NCBI RefSeq assembly: GCF_006345805.1
Contig: NC_043019.1
Location: 3,038,001 to 3,102,000 of the forward strand
Reading direction: 5' to 3'
Source of the DNA: Octopus sinensis
Lineage: Eukaryota
Length of the DNA: 64,000 bases
The position numbers and the translations under genes are program-made. Under the pieces are notes generated by a model that was not told the origin of the DNA, did no database searches, and saw only the letters and a program-made list of their open reading frames with translations. Positions 1 to 13,752 of this stretch are shown here, piece by piece (the first letter of the stretch is position 1; every line of letters starts with the position of its first letter).

Positions 1-1790
1 GAGAGCAATCACTGACATCTTTAAGACAATCTGAGTGTTCTAAAAATGTTACTCCTGGCTATTTCATCAATTTTATAATAAGCTAGTATATTTAAAAAAT
101 TTTTTTTGCACTAAAGACAGTGTAAATTTTCATTTGAAACTTGTTTTTATGAAATCTACAGTATGAATTCTAAGTGAAATTGGAATGATTTTCAAAGAAT
201 ATACAAAAGACCAAGGAAAATATTTGCATTCACAAGAATTGCACCACACTAAGTTAGAAATGGATTATTACAATGTGATCAAATATTGTCATATTAATTA
301 CTGGCAAAGTATTACAGTACAAGGTAATAGTATCTTAATAATATAGGTTTGAAGGACAACCACTCAACCATATACTACTTGAAAGGAAAATATATCAAAA
401 GAAAAATACCTCTTGAAAACAAAGGCATTCTAAAAATTCAGAGTAAAGGTGCAAGTGTACTGCTGGAATATACTATCTGAAATTCATGATATTCTTACAA
501 CTTGCTAACATTGACTCTTTACAAAAGACAAGAGGAATTTTTCCCTTTCAGGAAATCATTGTTCTTACTGAGAGTGATCAGCAAGCCAGTCAAGATACAC
601 TGGCAAAAATCAAAAGTATTTAGAAGTTCTTGACAATTAAGAGAATGTGGCTCTTGTTTTGATGGATGGAAGACACCTTCAGAAGTATTACTCCTAAAAT
701 TATTTGTGAGAAAGATACTTCACAAAACACTAAAATATCTTCTACCTATACCAATTGTAAGAAAGTTTCAATGAACAGAATCCATAGACCCTAAAACAGA
801 CATTAAAAACCGTTAACTGTACTAATTTATACTAATACCTAGGCTAATGTACATGCACTGATACTCTTTTAAGCATCTATAGATTTTTATGTAATAATTG
901 TAATAAAACCAAAGCCTGAATTCTAGTTTACATGGCTTTATGGTTCATTGTTGGGAAATGTTACAAGATTTCTCTCCAATTCTATTCTATATGTTCTCAG
1001 TCTTCTTACATTTTATTTTTTCCGATACACACAAACATAGCCAGGTAATGTGTCCTGAATCCATAAGAAATTATAGTTTCTACAGTGCCTATTCAGGAGA
1101 GATGCAGCATTGACTATTTCTAAGGATGAACTCTTATTTTATTTATTATTTTAATCCTTATGTATACAATCTGACTAAAATATTACATTACACACCATTG
1201 TTTACTGAATATCAACTGCTGTCATAAGCTTCTTTGCATCCTCAAAAGCAGGAATGTACAGAGTTTTTTTTATATCAATTTACATTCATCACCTGTAAAA
1301 TCATAGCCTTACAGTGAAAATCTTTACAGAACAGCAATTTGCTTTTTTGTGGTGGTATGTGGGGAGATCACTTTCACAGAAATAACAACATGCAAAACCA
1401 TGCAAAACCCCACCATTTATTTGTAAAGCTTTGTATCCATTCTTAAATAATATATATGCCATAAAAATAATGATAACTTTAATATTTATTTATTTATATA
1501 TTCTCCAGTATTTTGTTTGCAACACTTAATCACTGTATCTCTGTTCTATGTAGACTTTAATTTATAAAATATTAACGTATATCTCATAAAGAAGTTCTCA
1601 AACAATAACAGTACATTAGCAGTAACAATAAGCACAAACAAACACTTATGACAGTAACAATAAAACAATTAGAAAAAAACATACAGATTAAGACAAAATG
1701 ATTAAACATTCAACATGTAAGATTTAAAATATGAAATATCATTTTTGTGTTAGACATATTAGCTATTTTTATCAGGTGCTAATTTCTTAC

Positions 1791-1826
1791 CAGACAAAAT
1801 TTCCACAGGCTCTATAGGAAGTGCAA
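1791..1826 (-). CDS. Microexon type A variant, 36 nt, VALPIEPVEILS (most 3' copy seen)
   Basis: ttttaacag|TTGCACTTCCTATAGAGCCTGTGGAAATTTTGTCTG|gtaag. Confidence 0.72.
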
Positions 1827-2590
1827 CTGTTAAAATATACATATATTCGTTTGTGAGTTAGAGTAAATATCTTTTGGTGAAGGATATATTTCAAAATAGA
1901 GTGAGCACAATATATGAATGATTATTCTATATTTTATAAAAATGCAATATAAATTAAGTGTAAAGCAATGCAGTATGTTGGTATTTTGCCAAAGAAGACA
2001 GATGATCATAAATTGATTTTACTTTTAAATGTATGAGTTAAAAAATTCTTTACATTATCAATAAAAAATCCAAATTTGCAGTAATTGTTGGTTTTTAGCC
2101 CCATATCATCTTTGAATAGGCAGGCCAACAGTCATTTTTCCCAGCTTTTACTTTGTATAAATGAGAGAGCCTGTTATAATCACTTGATCTGCTAGAAATA
2201 ACAGCCAAATTACTTTCAAGTTAAACCTCATTACTATGATTTGCAAGAATTTTGTTTTGGTGCAAAGGGTCATTTTTGATGTAATACCAATATTATGATA
2301 ATTACATATTTGACCTAAAAGGAATGAAACTCAAACTCTACCAACTTTCTATGTATGAAGTGAGCCTATATAATACCAGTGATATTAATTATCCAAGTAA
2401 AAAAAGGGAATTTACTATTTAAGGACTTGCAGATCAAATACACTACTTCTCAGTGCCTGGTATCAAACCAGTTTGTATTCTAGATGATATAAAAATATAA
2501 TACTGTATTTTATTAGTAATACTATACCCTGCTCTATCTATGAGTGCCTGTGTTTCTGACTTAGGAACTTTTAGACAACTATATCTTCCA

Positions 2591-2980
2591 TCTTGTTTCA
2601 GTCATTTAACTGTGGCCATGTTGAGGTACTACCTTGAAGAATTTTTAGTCGTTTGTATTGACTCCAAAACTTATTTTTTTAAAGCCTGGTACTCATTGCA
2701 TTGGTTTCTATTGCTAAACCACAAAGTTACAGGAACATAAATACACCAACACCAGTTGTCAAGTGCTGGTATAGGGACAAACACTGATACAAAGACATAC
2801 GTACACATAAATGTATATATATACTGGATGGACTTCTTACAGATTCTGTCTATGAAATCCACCCACAAGACTTGACTTGGCCTGAGGCTATAGTAGAAGA
2901 GATGTACCACATAGTAGAACTGAACCCAGAACCACATGGTTGGAAATCAAACTTCTTACTATACTACTATGTCTGCACCT
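2591..2980 (-). mobile_element. tRNA-derived SINE, family 1
   Basis: Homologous to 19463, 22040, 57177, 57883 and 62308; cttgtttcagtcattt..ctgtggccatg end and tRNA-like head. Confidence 0.8.
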
Positions 2981-3133
2981 AACTATATATATGTGTGTGT
3001 GTGAACATTTTAGGTAAGATATATCGAATTACATTCACTGCTGACAACAATAAAAGAACTATAACAAAATATTTGACTGAAACATAATATTTCTTTACAA
3101 AGGAGATAATGGTCTTTAAAATTTTCTTTTTTC

Positions 3134-3330
3134 TACTCTAGGCACAAGGCCCGAAATTTTTGAGGAGGAATCCAATCGATAAGATCAACCCCAGTACACA
3201 ACTGGCTCTTAATTTATCGACTCCAAAAGGATGAAAGGCAAAGTTGACCTCTGTGGAACTTGGACTCAGAATGTAAAGACAGACGAAATACCTCTAAGCA
3301 TTTTGTCTGGTGTGCTAATGTTTCTGCCAG
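3134..3330 (-). mobile_element. tRNA-derived SINE, family 2
   Basis: Core ttaatttatcgac...aaaggatgaaaggcaaagttgacc shared by at least five copies. Confidence 0.85.
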
Positions 3331-3831
3331 AGTTATGAATGCATAGCTAGTATTTAATAATATGGATAGCACATGATTTAATGAGGAAACTTTTGATTTT
3401 CTAGAGTAAATAGAGAGAAATATCCATGTCTAAATGTATGATTATTGTTACAAACATACACAAAAGCACACATTTAAACGAAGAGCTAATGAATATTTTT
3501 GCACTAAATTGGATGTAATATAGCGAAAATAAACTTTGTGCTATATATCAATAAAATGGTATGAAATAATGGATTTTTTAAGTGTATTTTAAATTCTTTA
3601 AATTCATTCTTATAAACAGGTATCAATAATTCCAAATAATTATTGCATAAAAATAATTACATAGCATGATCAGTGTCAATTTTGTTTTTATTTCACACTA
3701 TCATCCACAGGTTTTGTCCCAAACATTTGTTGGAAAACTACACTGATGTAATACTCTCAATAATTATGCAATTTCTTCATAGCATCTATGGGAAAGGTTT
3801 AGATTTAAGAAATCTACAAAATATTATACAC

Positions 3832-4235
3832 AGGTGAAGGAGCAACTGTGTGGCAAGAAGTTTGTTTCCGAACTACAGTTTAAGGTCCAACTCTATTGCA
3901 TGGCATCTTGGGCAAGTGCCTTCCACTGCAGCACCTCCGAGGTTGACCAAAGACTTGTGTGTGAATTTGGTAGATGGAACCTGAAAGAAGCTTACTATGT
4001 GTGCGTGTGTTACTGTTCCCTTGCCTTGACATTGCATGATAGTTGTAAATGCAAGTGGTGTCCTTCATTTCTAATCTAACATGAAACCATGTTTGGTCAT
4101 GAGGAATATGACTTACTTGGAAATAGATGAAGGTTGGAAACAGTAACAGCATACAGCCATAGAAAATCTACCTAAACAAATTTCATCTGGCCCATGCAAG
4201 CATGGAAAAGTGGACATCAAAGCAATAATGATGGT
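3832..4235 (+). mobile_element. SINE, family 1 head with family 4-like tail
   Basis: gtgtggcaagaagtttg head; catgcaagcatggaaaagtggac tail. Confidence 0.7.
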
Positions 4236-4478
4236 GAATTTCTCATACTCTCTTATATGATAACATACATGACTGACAATTTATACATGAAGGATGGCTA
4301 CACACACACACACAATTTTGGTGAAGGTGAAGTTATAAATATTAGATTTTCTTTCACAGGTAAAAGTAATATATATCATATATTAGAATATAACATACAC
4401 ATGAAAATACTGTCAAGTTAAATAGAGTTCAAGGTTAGAATTATTAGCTATATATTTTTCAAATGCTTATTTTCTTAC

Positions 4479-4511
4479 CAGTTGCAATTTCCACGGGTAT
4501 GACAGGGGGAG
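4479..4511 (-). CDS. Microexon type A variant, 33 nt, APPVIPVEIAT
   Basis: ttttaacag|CTCCCCCTGTCATACCCGTGGAAATTGCAACTG|gtaag; in-frame 6-nt deletion. Confidence 0.8.
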
Positions 4512-4820
4512 CTGTTAAAAATAGATTGTCGTATGTGTGAAGCAAAAGAAATATATTCTACAGGGTAAGTTTTAGAATAATTCAAAAAGGAAAAATTGAT
4601 GTATTTATAAAATATGTCATATTTGTATTTCTTACAAAATATAGAATGAAATATTTCATATAGAATTTTCTAAACGAAAGAAGGATTTTCAAGTGTCTGA
4701 GATATTGAAATTCTTAATATATAAAATAAGTATAATAAAAGTGAATAGCATAAATATATGATACATACATATGTGTATGCATGTGTGTAAATATATATAT
4801 GTGTGTGTGTGCATGTGTAA

Positions 4821-4854
<34 letters not shown>

Positions 4855-4858
<4 letters not shown>

Positions 4859-5148
4859 CATGGTTCAGTGGTTAGAGTGTCGGGCATGCAATCATGAGGT
4901 AGCAAGTTTGATTACTGGGCTGTGTTGTGTTCTTGAGCAAAACACTTTATTTCATGTTGCTCCAGTTCACTCTGCTGTAGAAATTAGTTGCAATATCACT
5001 GATGTTAATCTGTATCGGCCTTTGCCTTTCCCTTGGATAACATTGGTGGTACAGAGAGGGGAGGCTGGTATGCATGGGTGGTTGCTGGTCTTCCATAAAC
5101 AACCTTGCTCAGACTTGAATGGTAACGCTCTAGGTGCAATCTCAGTCA

Positions 5149-5150
<2 letters not shown>
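4855..5150 (+). mobile_element. tRNA-derived SINE, family 3
   Basis: tggttcagtggttagag A-box-like head; tgttcttgagcaaaacacttta core. Confidence 0.75.
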
Positions 5151-5208
<58 letters not shown>

Positions 5209-6224
5209 CATGTGTGTGTGTGTATGTATATATGTATGTATTATACCATGTATATACACACACATATATCATATGTCTGTATATGATATAAATATGGTTA
5301 TAGTTCATTCTCAATAAAACCCACCCACCTTAGTGAAAATCAATTCTAGTAAACCTGTATTTGTATATATTATATTACAAATGCACACACACACATACGC
5401 ACGCGCACACACACATGTATATATAAATATATACATTTCATATATATATTTTTTATATGCATAAAACATATATGTATATAATACATATATAAATATATAT
5501 GCTTGCATTTAAACATACATACATACATACATATATATAAAAAAATATAAAGGATATATATATATAAAAGAAAGATGTTGCTGAGTGCTTTTATGAAACA
5601 AGTTAATTCTAATATACAGCACATTTAACATTTTTTAATAAAAATGTTAAATATATTTACACAAAGTAAGTTCATAATCATCAGTGAGTTATTAATTTCC
5701 ATGTGTAACATGCTAAGAATTGTGATGCCCAGTTAGAACAATTAGTGATCAATACTGAATCTTAAACATGATGACTTTTGTGGGTAGAATTCTATGTTGA
5801 GTGTGAAAACAAAATGTTAAGTATGCATCTTATGATAAACAAAATTGTTCCTTGAGAACAAATAGCATGTATTCATATGTACTACTATATGTCTAGTAAA
5901 AATAACAATGGGTTGGACTTCACTTCATCATTGTAACTAAGTTATAAATGAAAGTAAAATACCAGTGTCAAGATAAGCATAAATGTGTAAGAAGCCCAAT
6001 GAACCAATGTCAGCAGAGGCAAACAGATGCTTATTGTTTCTGATTAAAATGATATTCAAATCTTGTATTTTAGACTTAATCCCTGAAGACAAAGGCAATC
6101 ATTATATACTTTAAATATTAACAGAGAAGTGATATTAAGAAAGTGTCTCTTATGTGTGAATTTTGCATTGTTTCATTATATTCCTACTCTGTATCTGTTA
6201 TATATGTTAAAATATGTTACACAT

Positions 6225-6719
6225 GAGCAGGGTCTGGAAGAGTAGAGACGTCAGAATCGCTGCCAAATGCAGATTGGTGAATGCAATTGTCTTCCCAATA
6301 GCAACATATGGATGCGAGACCTGGACACTAAAGGAAGCTGACCAGAAGAGGATTAATGCATTTGAGCTTTGGTGTTGGAGAAGACTTTTACGGATTCCAT
6401 GGACAGCGTGGCTCACCAATGGAGAAGTTCTTAAGCAGATCAGGCCAAAAATGTCACTAGAAGCTAGGATCACCAAGCATAGATTGGCATATTTTGGTCA
6501 TATTATGAGAAAATCCCTGGAGAAGGACATCATGCTTGGAATGGTCAGTGGCAAGAGAGGAAGAGGCCGACCAAGAACCCGCTGGCTTGACACCATCAAG
6601 AGTGATACCAGAATGGACATAGCCATTCTGAAAGAAGCAGCCCAGGATAGAACTGACTGGAGGACACTGATCCATGAAGTAACCGAGAGTCGACTTTGAC
6701 TGAGCAGATAGATAGGTAG
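6225..6719 (+). mobile_element. 5'-truncated RTE-clade LINE (C-terminal ORF fragment), 11-bp TSD
   Basis: Uninterrupted peptide with YGCETWT..AFELWCWRRLLRIPW..GRPRTRWLD typical of RTE/BovB-like ORF ends; (agat)n-like tail; atgttacacat at 6214-6224 and 6720-6730. Confidence 0.93.
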
Positions 6720-7739
6720 ATGTTACACATATTTTTACTTAATGACGTGTGTGTGTGCCACAAAAACTCTCCAAACTAGACACTAATAAGAAGACACTAT
6801 GAAGAAAAATCAACCAACACCAATGTAAGTGCTCCTTCAGAGACTATTTATAATGCAATGATATCATTAATCATATTTATTTAATTTTTATTATTCATGT
6901 TTTTGTTGTATTGTTAGGAAAATTCTATACAATTTCTACATACTCATAAGCTGCACATCAAGCACAGCCATTTCTCTGACAGTACGGTGTCCTGTTCTCT
7001 CCCATGCTTACTAAAATTTTAGTCTTTGCTGTGTTTACTTTGAGACCTCTCAATTCCAATTCTGCATCCATGTCTGGAATTGCTTTTCTAAATCTGCTAG
7101 ATTCAGGAACTAGGTCAACAGTATATAAATATTTTCATGAAAATTGGGTCTTACAATCCTGAGTTATAGCTTGAAGGATTATAGTGAAGAAAGGGAGCTG
7201 ACAACTGAGTCTTAATGAACTATCTGCTGAAGACATTACCTCACACATTGCTAAATTCCATATGGTGCATGTAATATAAACTATGATTGTGTACTGGGAT
7301 ATAACAAAGAGGCTAACAAATAATGCTTGTTGTCTTGGGCAAAATGAGCACAGAGGAAATAAATTTTTTCATCCCTTAGAGGCTCCATAGAAAGGATCAT
7401 TAACGCTCCTAAAGGATTATTATAAAATGTAGTTATTTATTAAGAAATATATTAATTTAAACATATATAACCTGTATTTAACATTGAACCAATATAAGAC
7501 AAAAACAATATGCATTGTGAGACAATACTAAAATTTAGAAAAATTAAGAATATGTAAAAGTGTAAAAATAACTTGAAGTAACATTGTAATTATAAATGTG
7601 TTATTAATTTATATGTGTAACATGCTGAAATTTGAGGTGATCAATTAGAATAATTAGTGATCAGTTTGAATACTGCTATCTTATATAGGGTTACATCTGT
7701 TTTGGTGAAGTAACTAATAAAAGTGAAAAAAAACATTTG

Positions 7740-8026
7740 ACTGAGGTTGTTGCCAGTGCCGCTGGACAGGCTCTTGTGCAGGGGGCACATAAAAAGCATC
7801 AATTGAGCATGGCCATTGCCAGTACCACCTAACTGGCACTCATGTCGGTGGCACGTAAAAAGCACCCACTACACTCTCAGAGTGGTTGGCGTTAGGAAGG
7901 GCATCCAGCTGTAGAAACTCTGCCAGATCAGACTGGAGTCTGGTGCAGCCATCTGGTTTTCTAGACCTCAGTCAAATTGTCCAACCCATGCTAGCATGGA
8001 AGCGGACGTTACATGATGATGATGAT
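7740..8026 (+). mobile_element. SINE/LINE-tail repeat, family 4
   Basis: Near-identical to 54102-54293; ends in (gat)n. Confidence 0.8.
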
Positions 8027-8319
8027 CCTTACATGTTTTTTCAAAAAATTAGAATATTAATTAAATATCTGTATGATAACTAGGTTTGTTAGATGAAAGG
8101 TATTAATATGTACAGCTACATGTCATCTAGAGAAAATATTACAGAATTGATGAAACTTCTTTCATTGTTGAAAAACAAGTATCAAAACAAATATGAAGTA
8201 ATGACATAGAAAAACTGGCGATATGGAATACTTTTTTGTTATATATCATACATAATGCTTTATAATATTTCAGCAATGTATTCATCAGTATCAAAATTAC
8301 TTAAGTATACTTCAACAGC

Positions 8320-8620
8320 AGGCATGTGGTTTAGTGGTCAGGGTATTCGGGCTCATGATCGTAAGGTTGTAAGTTTGATTCCCAGCAGTGTGTTGTGTCC
8401 TTGAGGAAGACACTTTACATCACATTGCTCCAGTTCACTCAGCTCACAAAAATCACTAGTACTTGTATTTCAAAGGGCTAGCCTTGTCAGATTCTGTGTC
8501 ATGCTTAATCTCCCTAAGAACTATGTTAAGAGTATGTGTGTCAGTGGTGTGCTCAACCACTTGCACATTAATTTCACAAGCAGGCTTTTCTGTTGATCAA
8601 ATCAGCTGGAACCTTCATCA
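8320..8620 (+). mobile_element. tRNA-derived SINE, family 3
   Basis: Homologous to 4855, 50660 and 60878. Confidence 0.75.
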
Positions 8621-8779
8621 GTTGCTTCAACAGTGATAACTTATTATCAGGTTTTATGGTATTATAAATATACTGGTAGAGTATAACATACATGTTAGTT
8701 ATTTCACAGGAAAGTGCTGGCAGGTTAAATTGTTCATGGTTAAGATTATTAGTAACATTTTTTAACTAGTTTTTCTTAC

Positions 8780-8818
8780 CAGTTTTAATTTCCACGGGTA
8801 TGACAGGGGAAGGTGCAG
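8780..8818 (-). CDS. Microexon type A, 39 nt, AAPSPVIPVEIKT
   Basis: ttttaacag acceptor, gtaag donor. Confidence 0.83.
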
Positions 8819-9359
8819 CTGTTAAAAATATATTTTCTTATATGTGAGATAAAAACAGGTATATTTTCTATGATCCATATTTTTTATACAGTTGAAAGGG
8901 AAATATTTTAACATGTTATCACTACAATAGTAATTCCTTTATTTAAAAAAAAATGAGGTCAGTTTCTAGCACTTTACAAAACATAAAAGTAAATATTCCA
9001 AATAGAATTTGTAATCATCAAAGCAGGTTTATCACATATTTCAAAACATTAGTTCCCTAAAAACATTGTTTGTAGTAATATTTGAACTCATGAAGATGTA
9101 GTTACAAATCTAAAAAGTATCATTATTTTTTGAATAAATTTTGTGGTAGAAATTGTAATGTAACCAGGCATGCTTTGGGGAGAGTGTTCTAGTGAATAAA
9201 TAAATAGACATAGAAGTAGTTTCAGGTATATTACAGGATATCATATAGTCTAACATTACACTATATAATTTAATTACATACTGCATATAATACAAGATTT
9301 ACAATATATAATTTAATATTACATTTAATTAATATATAATTTATATACTAAATTCTTAC

Positions 9360-9398
9360 CAGTTGCTAATTCCACAGGTTTAACTGGGGCTGGAGGAG
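9360..9398 (-). CDS. Microexon type B, 39 nt, APPAPVKPVELAT
   Basis: ttttcttag acceptor, gtaag donor. Confidence 0.85.
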
Positions 9399-10321
9399 CT
9401 AAGAAAATGATATGAAATATATGAGTTCACTGATATAACATTAACTAAGAATAATTGAAACACTTTATTTAGTGTTAGCACAATTAACAAAATACTTCAG
9501 ATAGAAGTGGAAATGAAACTGTTAGCTGTATAAAATGGAAACATATTGTATAATTCTCTCTAAGTGAATCTGGATAGTCTAAACCATGAGCCATTGGGTA
9601 GTTATCGACACAATTGAGTACTCAGTGTCATTAAGTTAATTGAGAAATGAAAAAAAAATGCAATATTATGCAAAAAAGAAAAATATGATACAGACAAAAA
9701 ATATTAATAATAATAACCTGATAATTACTTTATAATTAATAATTTTATATGCACATATTCTCTCAATATCAACTAAGAAATCTCCACAGATTGAAATAAT
9801 TAACTCAATACATAACTGAAATGTGTGTGTGTATACACACACACACACACAATCAAAAGTAAAAAAATCTATAAACACTTTCGGAAAGATTTTAATTCAA
9901 GATTAAGAGCACGAGAAGAAAATGCTATTGATCATATATGTTTTTAAAATCTTCTGTTTTCTTACATCTCCTACAGTGTTGATAGATTAAAAAAATTCAG
10001 TGGAAAGTTATTTTAAAGTATATGATAATTTAATGATAACATAATTTCAAATAAATGATAATAATATAGCATTAAACATATATATACATAAGGGATTGCT
10101 CAGAGAAAATGAAAAGTACACATATAGTTGAACTTCTGTTCATTATTGAAATTAAAATAAGTGTCCATATATGAAATATGAGGATGAATAACCTCAAGGA
10201 CAAAGTTGATTCCACCAATGTATTTCACCTGTAACAACTGAAGAGAATAGCATCTATGAAACAAGCTGTTACATAACTACTTGAAATATATATATATATC
10301 AAATGTATTTGAAAGTTGAAA

Positions 10322-10334
10322 AATTGGTGTTGTG

Positions 10335-10365
<31 letters not shown>

Positions 10366-10453
10366 CACAGAAACCAATTTTATATATATATATATATATA
10401 AAATTGGTTTCTGTGATATATATATATATATATATAAAATCACAACACCAATT
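10322..10453. repeat. Near-perfect palindrome of about 130 bp with (TA)n spacers
   Basis: aattggtgttgtgatttta(TA)n tcacagaaaccaatttta(TA)n taaaattggtttctgtga(TA)n taaaatcacaacaccaatt. Confidence 0.9.
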
Positions 10454-10454
10454 G

Positions 10455-10492
10455 TGCATTGAAAAGGGGCAATACCCCGAAACGCGTCTGTA
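10455..10492 (+). ncRNA. Minimal type I hammerhead-like ribozyme, U3-A8 core variant
   Basis: tgca-TTGAAAA-gggg-caata-cccc-GAA-acgcgt-C-tgta. Confidence 0.6.
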
Positions 10493-10723
10493 GCTGCCGG
10501 CCAAGTAGTGTGGAGCGACTGACCTCCCTTGTTCAAAGGTTATATGGATACAGTTTGTGTATCAAATAGCTAACTTAAGGCGATGGCCTCATGGAGCTAA
10601 TAAGCGGTCAGCTTTAATCTTATTTTTATAAGAATGCCATATTAGTATGGCGATAACTAATATTTTCCGGGAACGCTGCCGTTGTTCTCTTTTAGAGAGA
10701 CTTAGTAATTTTAATATTTCTAT

Positions 10724-10882
10724 TATATATATATATATATCACAGAAACCAATTTTATATATACATATATATATATACACATATATACACACACACATAT
10801 ATATATATATATATACACACACATATATATATACACACATATATATATATGCATATACACATATGTATATATATATATACAC

Positions 10883-10917
<35 letters not shown>

Positions 10918-10930
10918 TATATATATATAT

Positions 10931-10961
<31 letters not shown>

Positions 10962-11012
10962 CACACACACATATATATATATATACACACACACACATAT
11001 ATATATATATAT

Positions 11013-11061
<49 letters not shown>

Positions 11062-11302
11062 TATATATATACACACACACACATATATATATACACACAC
11101 ACACATATATATATATATACACACACATATATATATATATATACACACACACACATATATATATATATACACACACACACATATATATATATATACACAC
11201 ACATATATACACACACACACATATATATATACACACACACATATATATATATACACACACACACATATATATATATACACACACACACATATATATATAT
11301 AT

Positions 11303-11346
<44 letters not shown>

Positions 11347-11387
11347 GCACACACACATATACATATATATATATATATATATACATA
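10724..11387. repeat. Compound (TA)n(CA)n microsatellite, about 660 bp
   Basis: Seen directly; source of the YI/HT/VC ORFs. Confidence 0.97.
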
Positions 11388-13394
11388 CAGTAACCTTTAT
11401 GACAATTAAAATTTCCCAATGGGATGTATTAAACTCAGTACTGAAACCTAATAAATATTTAGACAGTCTCAAATAACAAAGACTGTTGAAGTGGTGAATT
11501 GAAACCAATCAACAATAAGATGGGTTAATGAAGAAGCTATTAAGAGACAAACATCTTTTTTATGGATTTAATGCAAGGTTTTGTGACAAGAAATTACTCT
11601 CCTGGCTGGTTTGATAATATATAAGTTCAAATATATTTGAATTTTACAACTTTTAAACAATATAATTAAGAAATATTAAATCATATTTTATCGCATTAAT
11701 TCTACAATTCATCCAAAAACATATATCATACTCTACAATATATTATATCAATATATGAATTATTTTGAAAATTATTTGAACACTATCTTAGTTTAAATAT
11801 ACAGTAAATGTATTCTGGAAAGATATATAAAATTAATTCCAAAGTAAATAAGTGACACAACGAATTCTGGAGTATATTTCCGTTTCCATAATAGGATCTT
11901 CTGTAAATATGTTCTAAATTGACTCTAAAATTATGCCTCACAACAGATTTCTACATTGCTAATATAATATGCATAATGAACTTGCCATCCGATTGATGAC
12001 TGGCATCTGTGCTAGTGGAGCGCTAAGAGCACCATCCGAGTATGATCGTTGCCAGAGCAGCTAACTGGCTTCCGTGCCAGTGGCATGTAAAAAGCGCCAT
12101 TCGAGTGTGATTTTTTAAGCATTACTCAGATGAATTCAAATAATGTACCATGTAATAATTTTATGAGGGTACCTCAGGGTATGACTAAGTACCAGTTTAT
12201 GAATTATTATCAGAGTGTAATTTTAAATGCATAATATGGTACTGTACCTAATATTGAAGCAATATGAAATTATAAAGGTATGCTGGGACAATAAATATGT
12301 TTATTCTATAAAATGTAAACAGTATAGTGACATGGAGCACCATTGTAATTATAGATGTGTTATTAATTCCTAGGTGCAACATGCTAAACATTGGAGTACA
12401 CAGTTAGGATAATTAATGATCGATATTGAATATGGCTATCTTATGTATGATTACTTTTATGGGATGAACTTTTGTAAAACAATTATCATTATGAGTGATA
12501 TCCAGACAACAGTGGAAAAGGTAAGCCGCTGGATTTGGTTAAAAAAGAGATGATGAGTGGCTAGAGGGCCAGTGCTGTCAAAAAAAAAAAAGGCTTTGAA
12601 ATGGTATTCTCTTCTCATGACCCCATAAATTCGTTAGCATTTGGTATGCAGAGCTTACAACTGGTAGCACTTGCATCTGCAAGTTATATGCAAAAAAAAT
12701 ATTATAAGAGAATATACCATTGATTAAGAAAAATACTAGTTTTAAATTACCAGTTACAGTGACAATTTTTATGTAACTAGTGTAAAATAATTAGAAAAAA
12801 TGAACTATCTTTTTATAAAAATTTGCATGAATTATGTCATTAGTGAATTAATGCAGTCTGGCCATAGATTACAATAAAACTTCTCTCAGGTGATGAGTAT
12901 AAGAAAATTAATGAGGTGATGAAGAAAATGAATATTAAGATTAAATGAATACCAAAGAATTTTCTGGTGATTAACATTTTTGAAGTTAATTTATTTAACA
13001 GAAATATTTTATTTAATTTAATTTAATAAATATAATGATTATTTACTAGATAAATACCAACTTCATTCAAGTAGTTTGTAATGTAATAATTTCATCATGT
13101 CACAGTAATAGTAGTATAATTGGCTGTAGATGATTATTATTAAAAAAGCAATTGAAACATATTATGTGGCAGTCAGTATTGACCAATACTATTTTGAATT
13201 AATAGATGATATGCATTCTGAGATAATAATGATATGTTGGAAAAAAGTAAAAATAAAATTAACATGTAAACAACATATCTTAACATGAAATATCATTATA
13301 GTTATAAGTGTATGATTAATTTCTGAGTGGTGTAACATGCTAAAATAAGAGGTGCTCAGTTAGAATAAGTTATTGATAATGAACTTTGATAGGT

Positions 13395-13400
<6 letters not shown>

Positions 13401-13446
<46 letters not shown>

Positions 13447-13564
13447 TATATACATATATATATATATATACACATGTATACATATATATATATACATATA
13501 TATACATATATATATACAAATATATGTACATATATATATGTATACACATATATATATATATACA

Positions 13565-13596
<32 letters not shown>

Positions 13597-13703
13597 CATA
13601 TATATATATGTATACACATACATATATATATATGTATACACATACATATATATATATGTATACATATATATATACACATATATATATACACATATATACA
13701 TAC

Positions 13704-13752
<49 letters not shown>
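13401..13752. repeat. (TA)n/TACA microsatellite
   Basis: Seen directly. Confidence 0.97.

Noticed and set aside
4855-4930. tRNA-like sequences at SINE heads
   Set aside because: Degenerate and attached to SINE bodies; not tRNA genes.
10589-11508. Long ORFs of 186-276 aa ([12 protein letters not shown])
   Set aside because: Translations of TA/CA microsatellite, which lacks stops in all frames. The same applies to ORFs at 4670-5624, 13356-13862, 22193-22479, 28657-28944 and 62427-62808.
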